Shown: positions 39,186 through 51,556 of the stretch, in pieces
Layout: each line of letters begins with the position of its first letter
How positions within the stretch are numbered: the stretch's first letter is position 1
From: Prorocentrum cordatum
Taxonomy: Eukaryota
DNA: 64,000 bases
Direction: 5' to 3'
Assembly: GCA_963575745.1 (NCBI GenBank)
Contig: CAUYUJ010000214.1
Location: 186,001 to 250,000, forward strand
The notes under the pieces: model-generated
What the model was told of the DNA's origin: nothing
Databases searched by the model: none
Seen by the model: the letters and a program-made list of their open reading frames with translations, nothing else
Program-made: the position numbers and the translations under genes

Positions 39186-39592
39186 TGCTGCTGCTGCTGA
39201 TGATGACGAAGATGATGCTGATGATGATGCTGATTATGATTATGATTATGAGTATGACTACGACGATGACGATGATTCTGATGGTGATGCTGCAGCTGCT
39301 GCTGTCGATGACGATGGTGATGCTGCTGATGTCTAAGCCTCCTAGATGGGGTCAGAGTAGATGGGGTCGGAGGATCGCACCGCATCGCCGACGCATCGCC
39401 GATGCGGCTCGATGCGGAGCCCGATTTGCTTCACGTCACGTCGCCGATTCATCGCCCACGTCGCCGATACATCGCCCGTGCATGGTCGATGAATCGCCGA
39501 TACATCGCCCATGTATCGGCGATGCGGCGCGATCTTCCGACCCCACCTGTACTCCGACCCCACTTAAGAGGCCTCTCTGATGATGAGGATTG

Positions 39593-39630
<38 letters not shown>

Positions 39631-40054
39631 CTGATGATCATAATGATGATGATGATGCTGCTGACAAGGATGCCGATTATGATGATGATGATGATGCTAA
39701 GGGGAGGAGGGGATGGAGGAAGAAGGAGATGAATGATGCTGCTGATGATGATGCTGACTGTGATGACGAGGATGCTCATGACGATGACAATGATGATGAT
39801 GGTGGTGGTGGTGATGATGCGGTGATGATGCTGGTGGTGATGATGGTCATGCTGTCGTTGATGATGATGAGGATGAGGATGGAGATGATGATGCTGATGA
39901 TGATGTTGATGTTTTGCTGCTGATGATAACGATGATGACTGTGAAGATGATGATGATGATACTGACTATGGTAATTATGATTGTAATACTGATGATGCTG
40001 ATGCTGATGCTAATGATGATGTTGAACAATGATGATGCTGAGTCTGGCGCTGAT

Positions 40055-40089
<35 letters not shown>

Positions 40090-40154
40090 TGCTGCTGCTG
40101 ATGATGACGAAGATGATGCTGATGATGATGCTGATTATGATTATGATTATGAGT

Positions 40155-40156
<2 letters not shown>
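38319..40156 (+). repeat. Tandem duplication (~0.9-kb unit x2) of a degenerate (GAT)n tract carrying MITE family B (38399-38636 and 39336-39573)
   Basis: Near-identical copies offset by 937 bp, or 904 bp after a (GAT)n length difference. Confidence 0.9.
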
Positions 40157-40187
<31 letters not shown>

Positions 40188-40589
40188 CTGATGCTGATGA
40201 TGATGATGATGACGATGCTGCTGATGATGATGCGGAGGCAGATTATGATAGCGACAATTACGACCACAATGACGAGGAGGGGCTGAGACCGTATGACGGC
40301 CTGTGCCGTTTGAGTGTTGTTGTTAAGGGAAGAAAGAATGACGGATAAAGAACGATAGAGAGAGAGAGAGAGGCGGGTAAGAGGAACCGCTCTCGAAAAT
40401 CTTTGATGTAGTTGTTCTGTAGATGTTGACGCTGATGTCGACGAATATGTGGATGTAGATGCTGATGTAGTTGTAGACTGTTATTTCCCCACATCCTGAG
40501 TGGGGTTCTTGTTTTCCCAGAACACCCTCACCTTCCCACCCACCTCCCGCTCCATCTTCCATACATCACAATATTATTCCTACCACACA

Positions 40590-40826
40590 CACCATACCAT
40601 ACCATAGTTCCTACCACACATACCATGCCATACCATACCATACCATACCACACCATACGTACCATACCGTACCATACCATACCATGGCGTACCATAGCAT
40701 ACCATACCATATCACACCAATGCCACACCGTACCATACCATACCATACCTCCAGTACCATACCATACCATATCATACCATACCGTACCATACCATACCTA
40801 CCATACCATTCCATACCACTCCATAC
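40590..40826. repeat. (CCATA)n pentamer microsatellite leading into the 77-bp array
   Basis: Directly visible. Confidence 0.9.
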
Positions 40827-42020
40827 CGAAAACCATACTACTTACATGGTTTCGTGCCCCTTCGTGCCCCTCCCACCCCTCCAGGGAGGCCCCGCCTGAG
40901 CGAGGAGGGTATCGGAATACCATACTATTTACATGGTTTCGTGCCCCTCCCACCCCTCCAGGGAGGCCCCGCCTGAGCGAGGAGGGTATCGGAATACCAT
41001 ACTATTTACATGGTTTCGTGCCCCTCCCACCCCTCCAGGGAGGCCCCGCCTGAGCGAGGAGGGTATCGGAATACCATACTATTTACATGGTTTCGTGCCC
41101 CTCCCACCCCTCCAGGGAGGCCCCGCCTGAGCGAGGAGGGTATCGGAATACCATACTATTTACATGGTTTCGTGCCCCTCCCACCCCTCCAGGGAAAACC
41201 ATACTATTTACATGGTTTCGTGCCCCTCCCACCCCTGCAGGGAGGCCCCGCCTGAGCGAGGAGGGTATCCGAAAACCATACTATTTACATGGTTTCGTGC
41301 CCCTCCCACCCTCCAGGGAGGCCCCGCCTGAGCGAGGAGGGTATCCGAAAACCATACTATTTACATGGTTTCGTGCCCCTCCCACCCCTCCAGGGAGGCC
41401 CCGCCTGAGCGAGGAGGGTATCGGAAAACCATACTATTTACATGGTTTCGTGCCCCTCCCACCCTCCAGGGAGGCCCCGCCTGAGCGAGGAGGGTATCCG
41501 ACAACCATACCCGCCTGAGCGAGGATTTACACCTCCCAGGGAGGCCCCGCCTGAGCGAGGAGGGTATCATACTATTTACATGGTTTCGTGCCCCTCCCAC
41601 CCCTCCAGGGAGGCCCCGCCTGAGCGAGGAGGGTATCCGAAAACCATACTATTTACATGGTTTCGTGCCCCTCCCACCCCTCCAGGGAGGCCCCGCCTGA
41701 GCGAGGAGGGTATCGGAATACCATACTATTTACATGGTTTCGTGCCCCTCCCACCCCTCCAGGGAGGCCCCGCCTGAGCGAGGAGGGTATCGGAAAACCA
41801 TACTATTTACATGGTTTCGTGCCCCTCCCACCCCTCCAGGGAGGCCCCGCCTGAGCGAGGAGGGTATCGGAAAACCATACTATTTACATTGTTTCGTGCT
41901 CCCCCTCCACTCCTCCAGACAGGCCGCGCTTGAACGAGGAGGGTCGCGGAAAGCATTACTCTTCGCCAGGTTTCGTAGCCCTCCCCCCTTCCAGCGGGGC
42001 CCCGCCAAAGCGAGGAGGGC
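40826..42020. repeat. 77-bp tandem satellite, about 14-15 units
   Basis: Unit ACCATACTATTTACATGGTTTCGTGCCCCTCCCACCCCTCCAGGGAGGCCCCGCCTGAGCGAGGAGGGTATCGGAAT at 40919, 40996, 41073, 41150 ... 41874; last unit diverged. Confidence 0.95.
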
Positions 42021-42394
42021 ATCAAGAAAATGGGTCCCACGAAACCGTTAATCTCTTTATGTGGGGAACTCCGTTAGCATAATTTCATAACGCAGAGCTT
42101 TGTGGTTCAATTCTTCACTACGCTACGCCACGCCATGCTGTGACATACTACGCTTTGCGGTGCTCTTCTACGCCATGCCATGCCGTGCTCTACAATGCAT
42201 CGCGTACCCTTTCGGGATCATTGCCCTGCTCGACATCCGACTGTGCGAGTAGAGATGGGGTCTACGCCATGGTAAGGGATGGGAGGGAGGGGTAGGATGT
42301 CATATATGACGCGAGCGCACCTAGCTTGAATATCCCCCCTCTCTCTCGCTTTCAATATTCCTCTCTCGCATTCTTTTTTTTATATATATATATT

Positions 42395-42428
<34 letters not shown>

Positions 42429-43732
42429 ATACAACAAACACTGAAAACGGCCCAGTTTCCATATGGGCTGGCGCCCGAGGAGGAGGAGGAGGATAGTAGA
42501 GGAGGAGGAGGAGAGGAGGAGGAGGAGGAGGAGGAGGAGGAGGAGGAGGAGGAGGTGGAGGAGGAGGAGGAGGAGGAGGAGGAGGAGGAGGAGGAGGAGG
42601 AGGAGGAGGAGGAGGAGGAGGAGGAGGAGGAGGAGGGGAGGAGGAGGAGGAGGAGGAGGAGGAGGAGGAGGAGGAGGAGGAGGAGGAGGAGGAGGGTGGA
42701 GGGGAGGAGGAGGAGGGGGGGAGGAGGAGGAGGGGGAGGAGGAGGGAGGAGGAGGGGGATGATGGCAGGAGGAGGAGGGAGGAGGAGGAGGAGGAGGAGG
42801 AGGAGGACGAGGAGGAGGAGGAGGAGGAGGAGGAGGAGCAGGTGGAGGAAGAGGAGGAGGAGGAGGAGGGAGAGGAGGAGGAGGAAGAGGAGGATACGGC
42901 GCTCGAGGAGGAGGAGGAGGAAAAGGAGGAGGAGGAGGAGGAGGAGGAGGAGGAGGAGGAGGAGGAGGGGGAGGGGGAGGAGGAGGAGGGTGGGGGGGAT
43001 GATGAGGAGAAGGAGGATGAGGAAGAGGAGGAATAGGAGAGGGATGGGGGAGGAAGTGGAGGAGCAGTTGGAGGCGCGGGGCGCAGGGCGGATGTCAAAG
43101 GAGGTCGCTAGCATGATGAGTGGAAAGTGGTAATGCGGAGGAGAGGCCGTAGAGGCTACAGAACAAGACAGGCGCTAATGTCACATTTCGACGTTGCCTT
43201 GACACCGGGCGCACGCCTCCCGCAGTGTCGGCGCAGTCAGCGTTCACTTCGTGTCCATTTGTCCTGCCCAGAACAGTGCAACTCCCGTCGAGGTGGCTCT
43301 CTTCAAGATCAGCCTCCCCGCCCAGGCTTGCGCGCGAGACCCTCGCTTGTGGACCCCGCCATCGCTGAAACACCCCGCCTTCTCCTCCTCTTCCATCTGA
43401 CCTCCTCGCCCACACGAGGTCTAAATTGAAACGTTTCGCCAGACACCAACACCTCAACCCTGCCACAAGCAATCGTAAGGTGTTGGTACATCCAGTCGCT
43501 ACATTGGCGGAGGCATAGGCCCCCAGGTGGCGGCACGTTGCCGTCGAGACTCGGCCGTATGTCATGTGCTGGTCCCCCCTTTACCCTCTTCCCTGCTCCC
43601 TGCTTCCCCTCCCTCATTCTCCTCCTCCCTTCTTCTCCTGTCCTCCTTCTTCGTCTCCTCCGCCTCCTCCTCCTCCTCCTCCTCCTCCTCCTCCTCCTCC
43701 TCCTCCTCCTCCTCCTCCTCCTCCTCCCCGTC

Positions 43733-43754
43733 TCCGTAACCATGTTGGCTCAAG
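43733..43754 (+). other. Relict dinoflagellate spliced leader (DinoSL)
   Basis: TCCGTAACCATGTTGGCTCAAG matches DCCGTAGCCATTTTGGCTCAAG at 20/22. It is followed by ATG rather than a GT donor, so it is not an SL-RNA gene. Confidence 0.85.
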
Positions 43755-44562
43755 ATGCCCGCTTCCCTGGGGTCGAAGCGGGCACCACTCATCCGCGGCC
43801 AGACCACGGTACTTAGCGACCTTTTGTCCTCCTCCTCCTCGGCAGAGGGGGTGGTTGGTAAACTGAGCTTTATCAGCCTTCGGCCGCATGCCAGATGCCG
43901 ACAGGCGCAAGACGAAGGCGGCGACGTCCAGCAGTGGGGTGCCTCCTTATCGTGCTTCTTCCTCTCCTGGTCGCGTTTTGGGTCAAGGCGATACGCAGTG
44001 AGGAGGTGACCGGTAAAGATCTGGGCATGTTTCCGCCTCCCAAGACAGCGGCGATGGCATGGCCCCTGACCATTGGGGCCTGTACATCCACGGCCTCAAT
44101 GACAATAGGCTCCACGTCAAGTTTTGCAGTTTCAAGGGCGAGCTGGGCGAACTCATGGTTGGCCTTGCCGAGGCAGCTTCCGACGCCGGCATCTTGCTTG
44201 TTCTTACTGCCAGCAACGCGGTAGAAGCAGCTCTTCAATAACCCCTTGACTCTTGCAGGAAGGACGTCTAGAAACCCATCAGGCTAGACGTTGGCTCCAT
44301 CGAGCGTCGCGTCCAGGCGCACATCTTCACCATCTCGGTCCGCGTGGGTTTACTGGACAACAACACGACCGCCTTCGCCAGACAGATCGGCGACATGCGT
44401 GCGCCCGTGGACGAGATGCGGCACGAGCTAGCGATGGCCAGCCGTGTGCCTCCACCCCCGCTCATGGACACCTCTTTTTTCGAGCGGGGCGTGTCCAGAT
44501 GGTGGCGCCCACTACGGTGCGCAGGGGGTGGGAAGGGAGGTGAGGAGGAGGAGGAGGAGGAG

Positions 44563-45490
44563 GACCAGTGTAAATCCAAGAGTCATCAACGATGTTTGAA
44601 TACATTCTCCCTCCAAGCTCCCTCTTTATAGGCCCCTACAACGGTTCATTTCCATTGATGGAATTGCCGTGATGGAAGACACCCGTTTGAAGACCCTGAA
44701 GCATGCCGAAACATTGTTCCCGGGATTCCAACGACACGGATCAGCCTGACTGTTGCGCCTTGACGGTCCTGAATCGCGCCAGAACGCCATCCCTCGGACT
44801 TCAACACAGAGACTCAACGTAACTGTTGCACCCGCACAATCCTGAAGCCTTCCAGAATGCCAATTCTGGTACGGTGATGATGAGAAACCGTGAAACTGTT
44901 GAAAAGTTTGTGAAAGAATGGGCGCTGCGCTATGGCGAGAACCACATCTTGAAAAGGAACCGCCCTCAATCCGTGGAGCTCTTGCAAATTGCTAAAACGA
45001 ATGTGCGCGGCGCTAAGGCGATAGCCACAGTTTGAAAACCACTCGCCCTCAATCCGTAGAACCCTTGCAGTATATTTTAAACGAATGTGCGCCGCATGAA
45101 GGCGAGAGCCACAGTTTGAAAACCACTCGCCCTCAAATCGTGAAACTCTTGCAGGTTCTTTAACGAATGTGCGCTGCATGAAGGCGAGAGCCACATTTTG
45201 AAAAAGACCCGCCCTCAATCCTTGAAACACTTGCAAAGTTTAACAACGAATGTGCGCCGCAGGAAGGCTAGAGCCACGTTTTGAAAACGACCCGCCCTCA
45301 ATATGTGAAGCTCGTGTATGTTTATAACGAATGTGCGCCGCATGAAGGCGAGAGCCACACTTTGAAAACGACCCGCCCTCCATGTGTGAAACTGTTGCCA
45401 ATCTTTAGGCTCCAGAGTCATCCGGCGAAACGCCCGGCCCGCCCTAAAAACTTGCCTCTGGATGCGGCAGGAAGAAGTTAGTTAGAAGGA
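44563..45490. mobile_element. (GAG)n-flanked non-autonomous element with ~83-bp internal repeats, copy 1
   Basis: Starts GAGGAC|CAGTGTAAATCCAAGAGTCATCAACGATG; internal unit GAATGTGCGC..AAGGCGAGAGCCACA.TTTGAAAA..CGCCCTCAATCCGTGAA. Confidence 0.8.
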
Positions 45491-46835
45491 AAAGGAATAG
45501 CGGGGGAGGGGGAGAAGGAGGAGGAGGAGGAGCAGCAGGAGGAGGAGGAGGAGGAAGAACAGGAGGAGGAGGAGGAGGAGGAGGAAGAGGAGGAGGAGGA
45601 GGAGGAGGAGGAGGAGGAGGGAGAAGGAGCAGGAGGAGGAGGAGGAGGAGGGAGAAGGAGCAGGAGGAGGAGTAGGAGGAGCAGGAGGAGGAGGCGGAGG
45701 AGGAGGAGGAGGAGGAGAACAACATCGCAGACATCACGGATGATTTTACGGTTTTGGGGGAGGAGCTTGACAAGAGTTGATCGGTACAGTTATTGGTGCG
45801 TGAGGCATCGCTGGTGGGAAAGTGCAGAAGGCATTGGCTGGACTCCGCTTGCCGGGAGAAGGTCCATGGATGCGTGTCCTTGTGCCCGCGGCTTTTGGTG
45901 GTTTCACACAGTTGCACGCTTGCCGGGGCCAAAGCCCCTCCCAGATCAAGATGGAGATCTCTGGCAAGAAGATCGCCAACCTCCCGCGGGAGAATTTCGC
46001 CTTCGCCGACAACAAGTTCTTGTTTGATAGGCAGAACGGCTGGATCTCGGAGAGTTGGAGTCCAATCCTTCGTTTGGAGGCGCGGCCTGGACGCAATCTC
46101 ACTTAGTGCTACTTGCACGAGGCCGCTCTGGTGCAGCGTGGATGGTCCAGAGAACAGCTCCTGCCGATCTTCAAGCAGGTCATCGAGCCGACAGCGGCCA
46201 CAGAGTGGTCGGTTTACCAGCTTCGACGGCATCTGCCTTCATCAGGTTGAGGGTGGTACACTTCCTCGTCCGGCTTCGACTGCGGTGATTTGCTGGAGCG
46301 CTTGTGCTCTCCAGCGGTGGCGCTGGCAGATGGCAATGCGGAAGGCCTCCTGCCTCCACTAGGCGGACATTGCGGACGCTATCTTTGCGATTCATGCGGC
46401 CCCCAGGACACCAATGAGCCCAAGGTCTTCACGAAGCCAGTGGCTCTAAACTATACGGTGCATGGCTTCTTTGAGGAAGTCAAGGAGGGGCGCAATCGTG
46501 GAGGGGTTGGTTCCTCAGTCATCGTCACCTTCAGCTTCGTCCTCAGCTTCTACTCTGGTTTCGGGCATTCAGAGTGCTAAAGACGGGTTTGCGGTAGGAT
46601 CGGGCAGAGTTTCGTCGTCCAAATGCTCATTGCCGTGGTCTTGCAGCGGGCATGTCAGAGGGGTTTGCGATCGCATCCGCAGAGATCTGCTATGGGCGCA
46701 GGGTGATCGCAGCTCGAAATTCGCGGTGGTACGTGGCGATTTCAACATCGCATTTTCATAACAGCTTTTCTTGACCAAGTCTGAGCAGGCATGTCCTTGC
46801 AAATCCACCAATGCGGCGAAAAGCCAGTCACATAA

Positions 46836-46842
46836 GTGTGTG

Positions 46843-46890
<48 letters not shown>

Positions 46891-46913
46891 CGTGTGTGTG
46901 CGCGTGTGTGTGT
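46836..46913. repeat. (GT)n microsatellite inside the decayed APE domain
   Basis: Directly visible. Confidence 0.95.
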
Positions 46914-48687
46914 AGTCCTGCGTACATGTTCGAGATGGGTCCTAAAGGTCCTACTCACTACTGCAGCGATGTCAAGTCCCTTGCTCGCCTAAATCGTATT
47001 TGGGCGTCAGAGCCGAGCTGAGTATCCTGCCGGCTACCCCCTTGCATTGTGGTCGTCGACAACCTTTTTATGGAAAGGAAATCTCGGACCCCGATGCCTT
47101 TCGCATCGTCTTTCAGCACCGTGTTCAGGAGGAGTCGGCCATCGAGCCTGCCTCACGACGCATCTGTATAATGATACAGTTCAAGGAGAAGCTGGACGCG
47201 CTCGTGGGTGCAGACGAAGCATTCTTAGCATTGCTATCGCCTCCCAGGCTGCTTGAAATATACAAGTCTCTGATTCCAGCACCAGCTTACGAGGCTATGA
47301 ACATGATGCTGGACGACGATCCTGATTATTTGAAGGCGTAAAGGGCTTGCGTTCGGCGCTCCTGAGCGGCCCCACCGTTCGCGGTCCACAGTGTGGCGGA
47401 CGCGGGTATCCTCCCAGTGGCGTGGGGTCCTCCTCCTCCCCTTCCCTCCGTGCGTCCGTCCCTCCCTCCCTCCCTCCCCTCCTCCTTCCCCCCCCGTCCC
47501 TGCACCTTCTCCTCCCTCCTCCCTCCTCCCTCCTCCCTCATCCCTCCTCCCTCCTCCTCCGTCTCTCCTCCTCCTCCTCCTCCTCCTCCCTCCTCCTCCT
47601 GCTCCTCCTCCTCCTCCTCCTCCTCCTCCCTCCTCCTCCTCCTCCTCCTCCTCTCCTCCTCCTCCTCCTCCTCCTCCTCCTCCTCTCCTCCTCCTCCCTC
47701 CTCCTCCCCTCCTCCTCCCTCCTCCCTCCTCCCTCTCCCTCTCCTCCTCCTCCCTCCTCCTCCTCCCCTCCTCTCCTCCTCCTCCTGCTCCTCCTCCTCC
47801 TCCTCCTCCTCGTCGTCCTCCTCCTCCTCCTCCTCCTCCTCCTCTCCTCCTCCTCCTCCTCCCTCCCCCTCCTCCTCCTCCTCCTCCGCCGGCGTTGGCG
47901 TTGGCAGCGGCGGCGCGCGCCTCGCGCGCGAGTCGGCCCGCCAGGCATGCCCGTGGAGGCGCCGGGCGCGCGCGGGGGCCCTCCCACGGCTGCCGCGCCC
48001 TCCGAGGGGCCTCTTCGGCCGTCGTTCGTGTCGCGGGCAGTGCCAGGGATCACCACTGGTGGGGTCGCCGCCTCCTCCAGGAAATCGACGATCGAGGAGG
48101 AGGAGGAGGAGGAGGAGGAACGGGAGGAGGAGGAGGAGCGGAGGAGGAGGAGGAGGAAGGGGAGGAGGAGAGGAGACGGAGGAGGAGGAGGAAGAGGAGG
48201 AGGAGGAGGAGGAGGAGGAGGAGGAGGAGGAGGCGGAGGAGGAGGAGGAGGGAGGAGGCGGAGGAGGAGGTGAGCAGGTCAAGGAGGAGGAGGAGGAGGA
48301 GGAGAGGAGGAGGAGGGGAGAGGGAGGAGGAGGAGGAGGAGGAGGAGGAGGAGGAGGAGCAGGAGGAGGAGGAGGAGGAGGAGGGGAAGGAGGAGGACCA
48401 CGAGGAAGACGAGTTGGAGCAGCAGCGGGAACGGATTTGGAAATGGGGGGGGAAAATTAGGGGATGGACGGGGAGAATGGGGAAAGGAGGGGACACGCAG
48501 CAGGGCCAGGGATAGGGGGTGGATGTATGGGGAAGGGATGGGGTACGCGGTAAGGGAGGAGGGCTAGATAGGTAGGCAGGGAATTGTCGTGGGACGAGGT
48601 CCAGAAAAACGCACACTTGGAGAGGTGCGTCCGCACGAGAAGGATGCGGCGGATGCGGACGATGATGATGAGGAGGAGGAGGATGAG

Positions 48688-49470
48688 GATCAGTGTAAAC
48701 CCAAGAGTCATCAACGATGTTGGAGTAAACCCTCCCTCCAAGCTCCCTCTTCAGATGCCCCTACAACGGTTCATTCCCGCTGAGGGAGCTGTTTCGTTGG
48801 AAGAGAATTGTTTGAAGACCCGGAAGCATGCCAAAACATTGTTTTTGGGATTCCAACGCCACAGATGAACGTGATTGTTGCGTCTTGACGATCCTGAATC
48901 GTGCCAGAACGCATTCTTGGGACTCCAGCACCGCGAATCAATGTAATTGTTGCGCCCTCCTAATCCTGAATCCGTCCAAAACACCATTTCCGGTACGCTG
49001 GTCTGGGAATCCTTGCAGCACTTGCAAAATTTAACACGAATGTGCGCGGCGCGAAGGCGAGAGCCACATTTTGAAAACCACCCGCCCTCAATCCGTGAAA
49101 CTCTTGCAGTTGTTTAAGCCGAATGTGCGCCTCGCTAAGGCGAGAGCCACATTTTGAAAAAGACCCGCCCTCAATCCGTGAAGCTCTTGCAAACGTTTGA
49201 AACGAATATGCGCCGCGCTAAGGCGCGAGTCACATGTTGAAAACGACCCGCCCTCAATCCGTGAAGCTCGCGTCAATGTTTGAAGCGAATGCGCGCGGCG
49301 CTAAGACGAGAACCAAATTTTGAAAACGGTCCGCCGTCCATCAGCGAAACTGTTGCTAACGTTGAAGCTTCAGTGTCATTCGCCGTGAGGAAATAAATCT
49401 CAGGCGAAACGCACGGCCCACCCTAAAAACTGGCCTCGGGGTGCGATTGGGCGAAGTTATTCATAAGGAC
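48688..49470. mobile_element. (GAG)n-flanked element, copy 2
   Basis: Same termini; internal repeats at 49038, 49121, 49204 and 49287 (period 83). Confidence 0.8.
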
Positions 49471-49542
49471 AAGGAATTGAGGAGGCGGAGGAGGAGAAGG
49501 AGGAGAAGGAGGAGGAGATGGGAGGAGGACGACGAGGAGGAG

Positions 49543-50030
49543 GACCAGTGCAAAACCCAAGGCGCATCAAAGATGCTGTAATAGACCTTCCTTCCGATCC
49601 CCCACTTTTTGGATCCCCACGAGAATCCGTTTTCATTGCGAGAAGCATCCCCCATTGGAAGCAAACCGCATGATTATATCGAACCCTAAAACTCAAGGGA
49701 CCGCCCTCCATTCTTGAAACTGCCACAAGCTTTGAACATGAATGCGCGCGGCGCTGAGGCGCCCTACCTACCTCCCTAGCCGCCCTACCTTCTCCTCCTC
49801 CTCCTCCTCCTCCTCCTCCTCCTCCTCCTCCTCCTCCTCCTCCTCCTCCTCCTCCCCCTCCCCAGGAGGCGCTGAGCCCCCTTTCGAAAACCAGCCGCCC
49901 CACCTCCGTGAAGCTCTTGCAGGACTCCAGCTGCGGGATCAACACTTGTGTGTGGCAGTCTCCGGCGAAGGCCCCGGCCCGCCCTACCAACACGTCTGGG
50001 GGTGCGACAGGGAGCAATCATTTGTGTGAA
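49543..50030. mobile_element. (GAG)n-flanked element, copy 3 (internally deleted, split by (TCC)n)
   Basis: GAGGACCAGTGCAAAACCCAAG start and GGGGTGCGACAGGGAG end. Confidence 0.65.
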
Positions 50031-50548
50031 GCGGATGGAGGAGGATGAATAGGAGGAGGGGAGGGGGACATGAGGAGGAGGAGGAGGAGGAGGAGGCGGA
50101 GGAGGAGGAGGAGGAGGAGGAGGAGGAGGAGAGGAGGAGGAGGGGAGAGGAATGGAGGAGAAGTAGACGGCGGAGGAAGCGGAGGAGGCGGAGAAGGCGG
50201 ATGAGGAAGAGGACGATGAGGAGGAGGAGGAGGAGGAGGAGGAGGAACATGACAAACATGTAAAACGAGGAGAAAATCCAGGAAAACGAACAGGCGGAGG
50301 GGTGCGCCCAAACGAGGAGGAGGCGGCGGATGAGAACGATGAGGAGGAGGAGGAGGAGGAGGAGGAGGAGGAGGAGGAGGAGGAGGAGGAGGATGGAAAA
50401 GAGAACGAGGAGGAGGAGGAGGAGGAGGAGGAATGTAGGAGGAGGCGGAAAAGAAGGGGGCGGTGGATGATGATGATGATGATGATGAGATGTTGTGATG
50501 ATGATGATGATGTGATGATGATGATGATGATGCTGATGATGATGATGC

Positions 50549-50639
<91 letters not shown>

Positions 50640-50640
50640 A

Positions 50641-51210
50641 GGGAACCAGGGCATCGTGAAGATGGGCCCCGCTCCTCGGGGTCCGCTGGAGCGAGCAGCA
50701 CAGAAGCTCCTGGACGAGTACGAGAAGAAGTGACACGTCCACGGCTGAGTGCACATCAAAGGCTGATGCTCCGTACACACAGTGAAAGATTATTGCACTT
50801 GGTGGAGCAGGGCATTGTATCGCTCGAAGCAGCATCGAGGGCCGCGGCCCAATCGAAAGTTACAGTACTACAGTACTTGTTCGCCGACATACTCGCACTC
50901 GAAAGAAGTAAATTTTTGGATGGGCAGCTCTAAGTTTTGGTTTCAGATTGACGCCGTGGAAGTCTATGCGAACTCCAGTAAGCTGATGTCTGGGCAGTGG
51001 CAGAGTGGACTCTTTATTTTCACAGCCATCGAGAAGTTTATATCAGGGCGATTTCTATTCAGTATTGCAATGGAGGGGTTTGTTCAACTTCATGGTTCAG
51101 TACTTTACACTTGGTGCAATTTCTATCCGAGCAGTTCTACATCATTGGTTGCATTGGTGAGATTCTGCTATGAGGACTCGACCTTCACTCCCGACGGCCT
51201 GTACGCCTAG
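50641..51210 (+). pseudogene. Coding-like relic of unknown origin, possibly retroelement-derived
   Basis: High-GC3 ORF end GIVKMGPAPRGPLERAAQKLLDEYEKK* followed by broken coding-like frames. Confidence 0.3.
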
Positions 51211-51525
51211 GCGGGAGCGCCCGAGAGAGAGAGAGAGAGAGGAACAATAATAGCTCCTCGTCGGAATTTGTAGTTCGATCGGCCTGTCAGTTGTTGTGGA
51301 ACACCTCTCCTCCTCGCGCCTGCCTCCCCCCTGTGCCTGTTCCCTCCTCCACGACAGGTCGCTGGCCATTTAATTGGATGCCCTCTCAGATCGGTGGTGC
51401 GTCGTGGCTCTCGGGTCCCCCACCAACGAGTCGCCACGAATCGCGTTCGGGGCCAGCTGACCCTCCTGTAGTAGGCCCTCAGGGCGAAAGTGACACAAGC
51501 TGAAACTCAAAGGGTTTAGGCCCAG

Positions 51526-51527
<2 letters not shown>

Positions 51528-51556
<29 letters not shown>

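Larger units (their letters stand above)
43733..47425 (+). pseudogene. Decayed 5' portion of a non-LTR retrotransposon (ORF1-like region plus APE endonuclease and linker), interrupted by inserts
   Basis: Ordered APE motif remnants: VICWSACAL (~46285), NRGGV (~46495), VVRGDFN (~46725-46746), PTHY...ARLNRIW (~46950-47000), EISDPDA (~47080). Coding-like ORF1 remnants at ~44270-44490 and ~45720-46210. Multiple stops and frameshifts. Confidence 0.7.

Noticed and set aside
40826..42020. CRISPR-like array
   Set aside because: Whole units repeat with no unique spacers, there are no cas genes, and the context is eukaryotic.
51448..51520. HDV-like ribozyme and a telomere-like GGGTTTAGG
   Set aside because: A P1-like pairing exists but P3 and P1.1 cannot form; the telomeric motif is a single copy.
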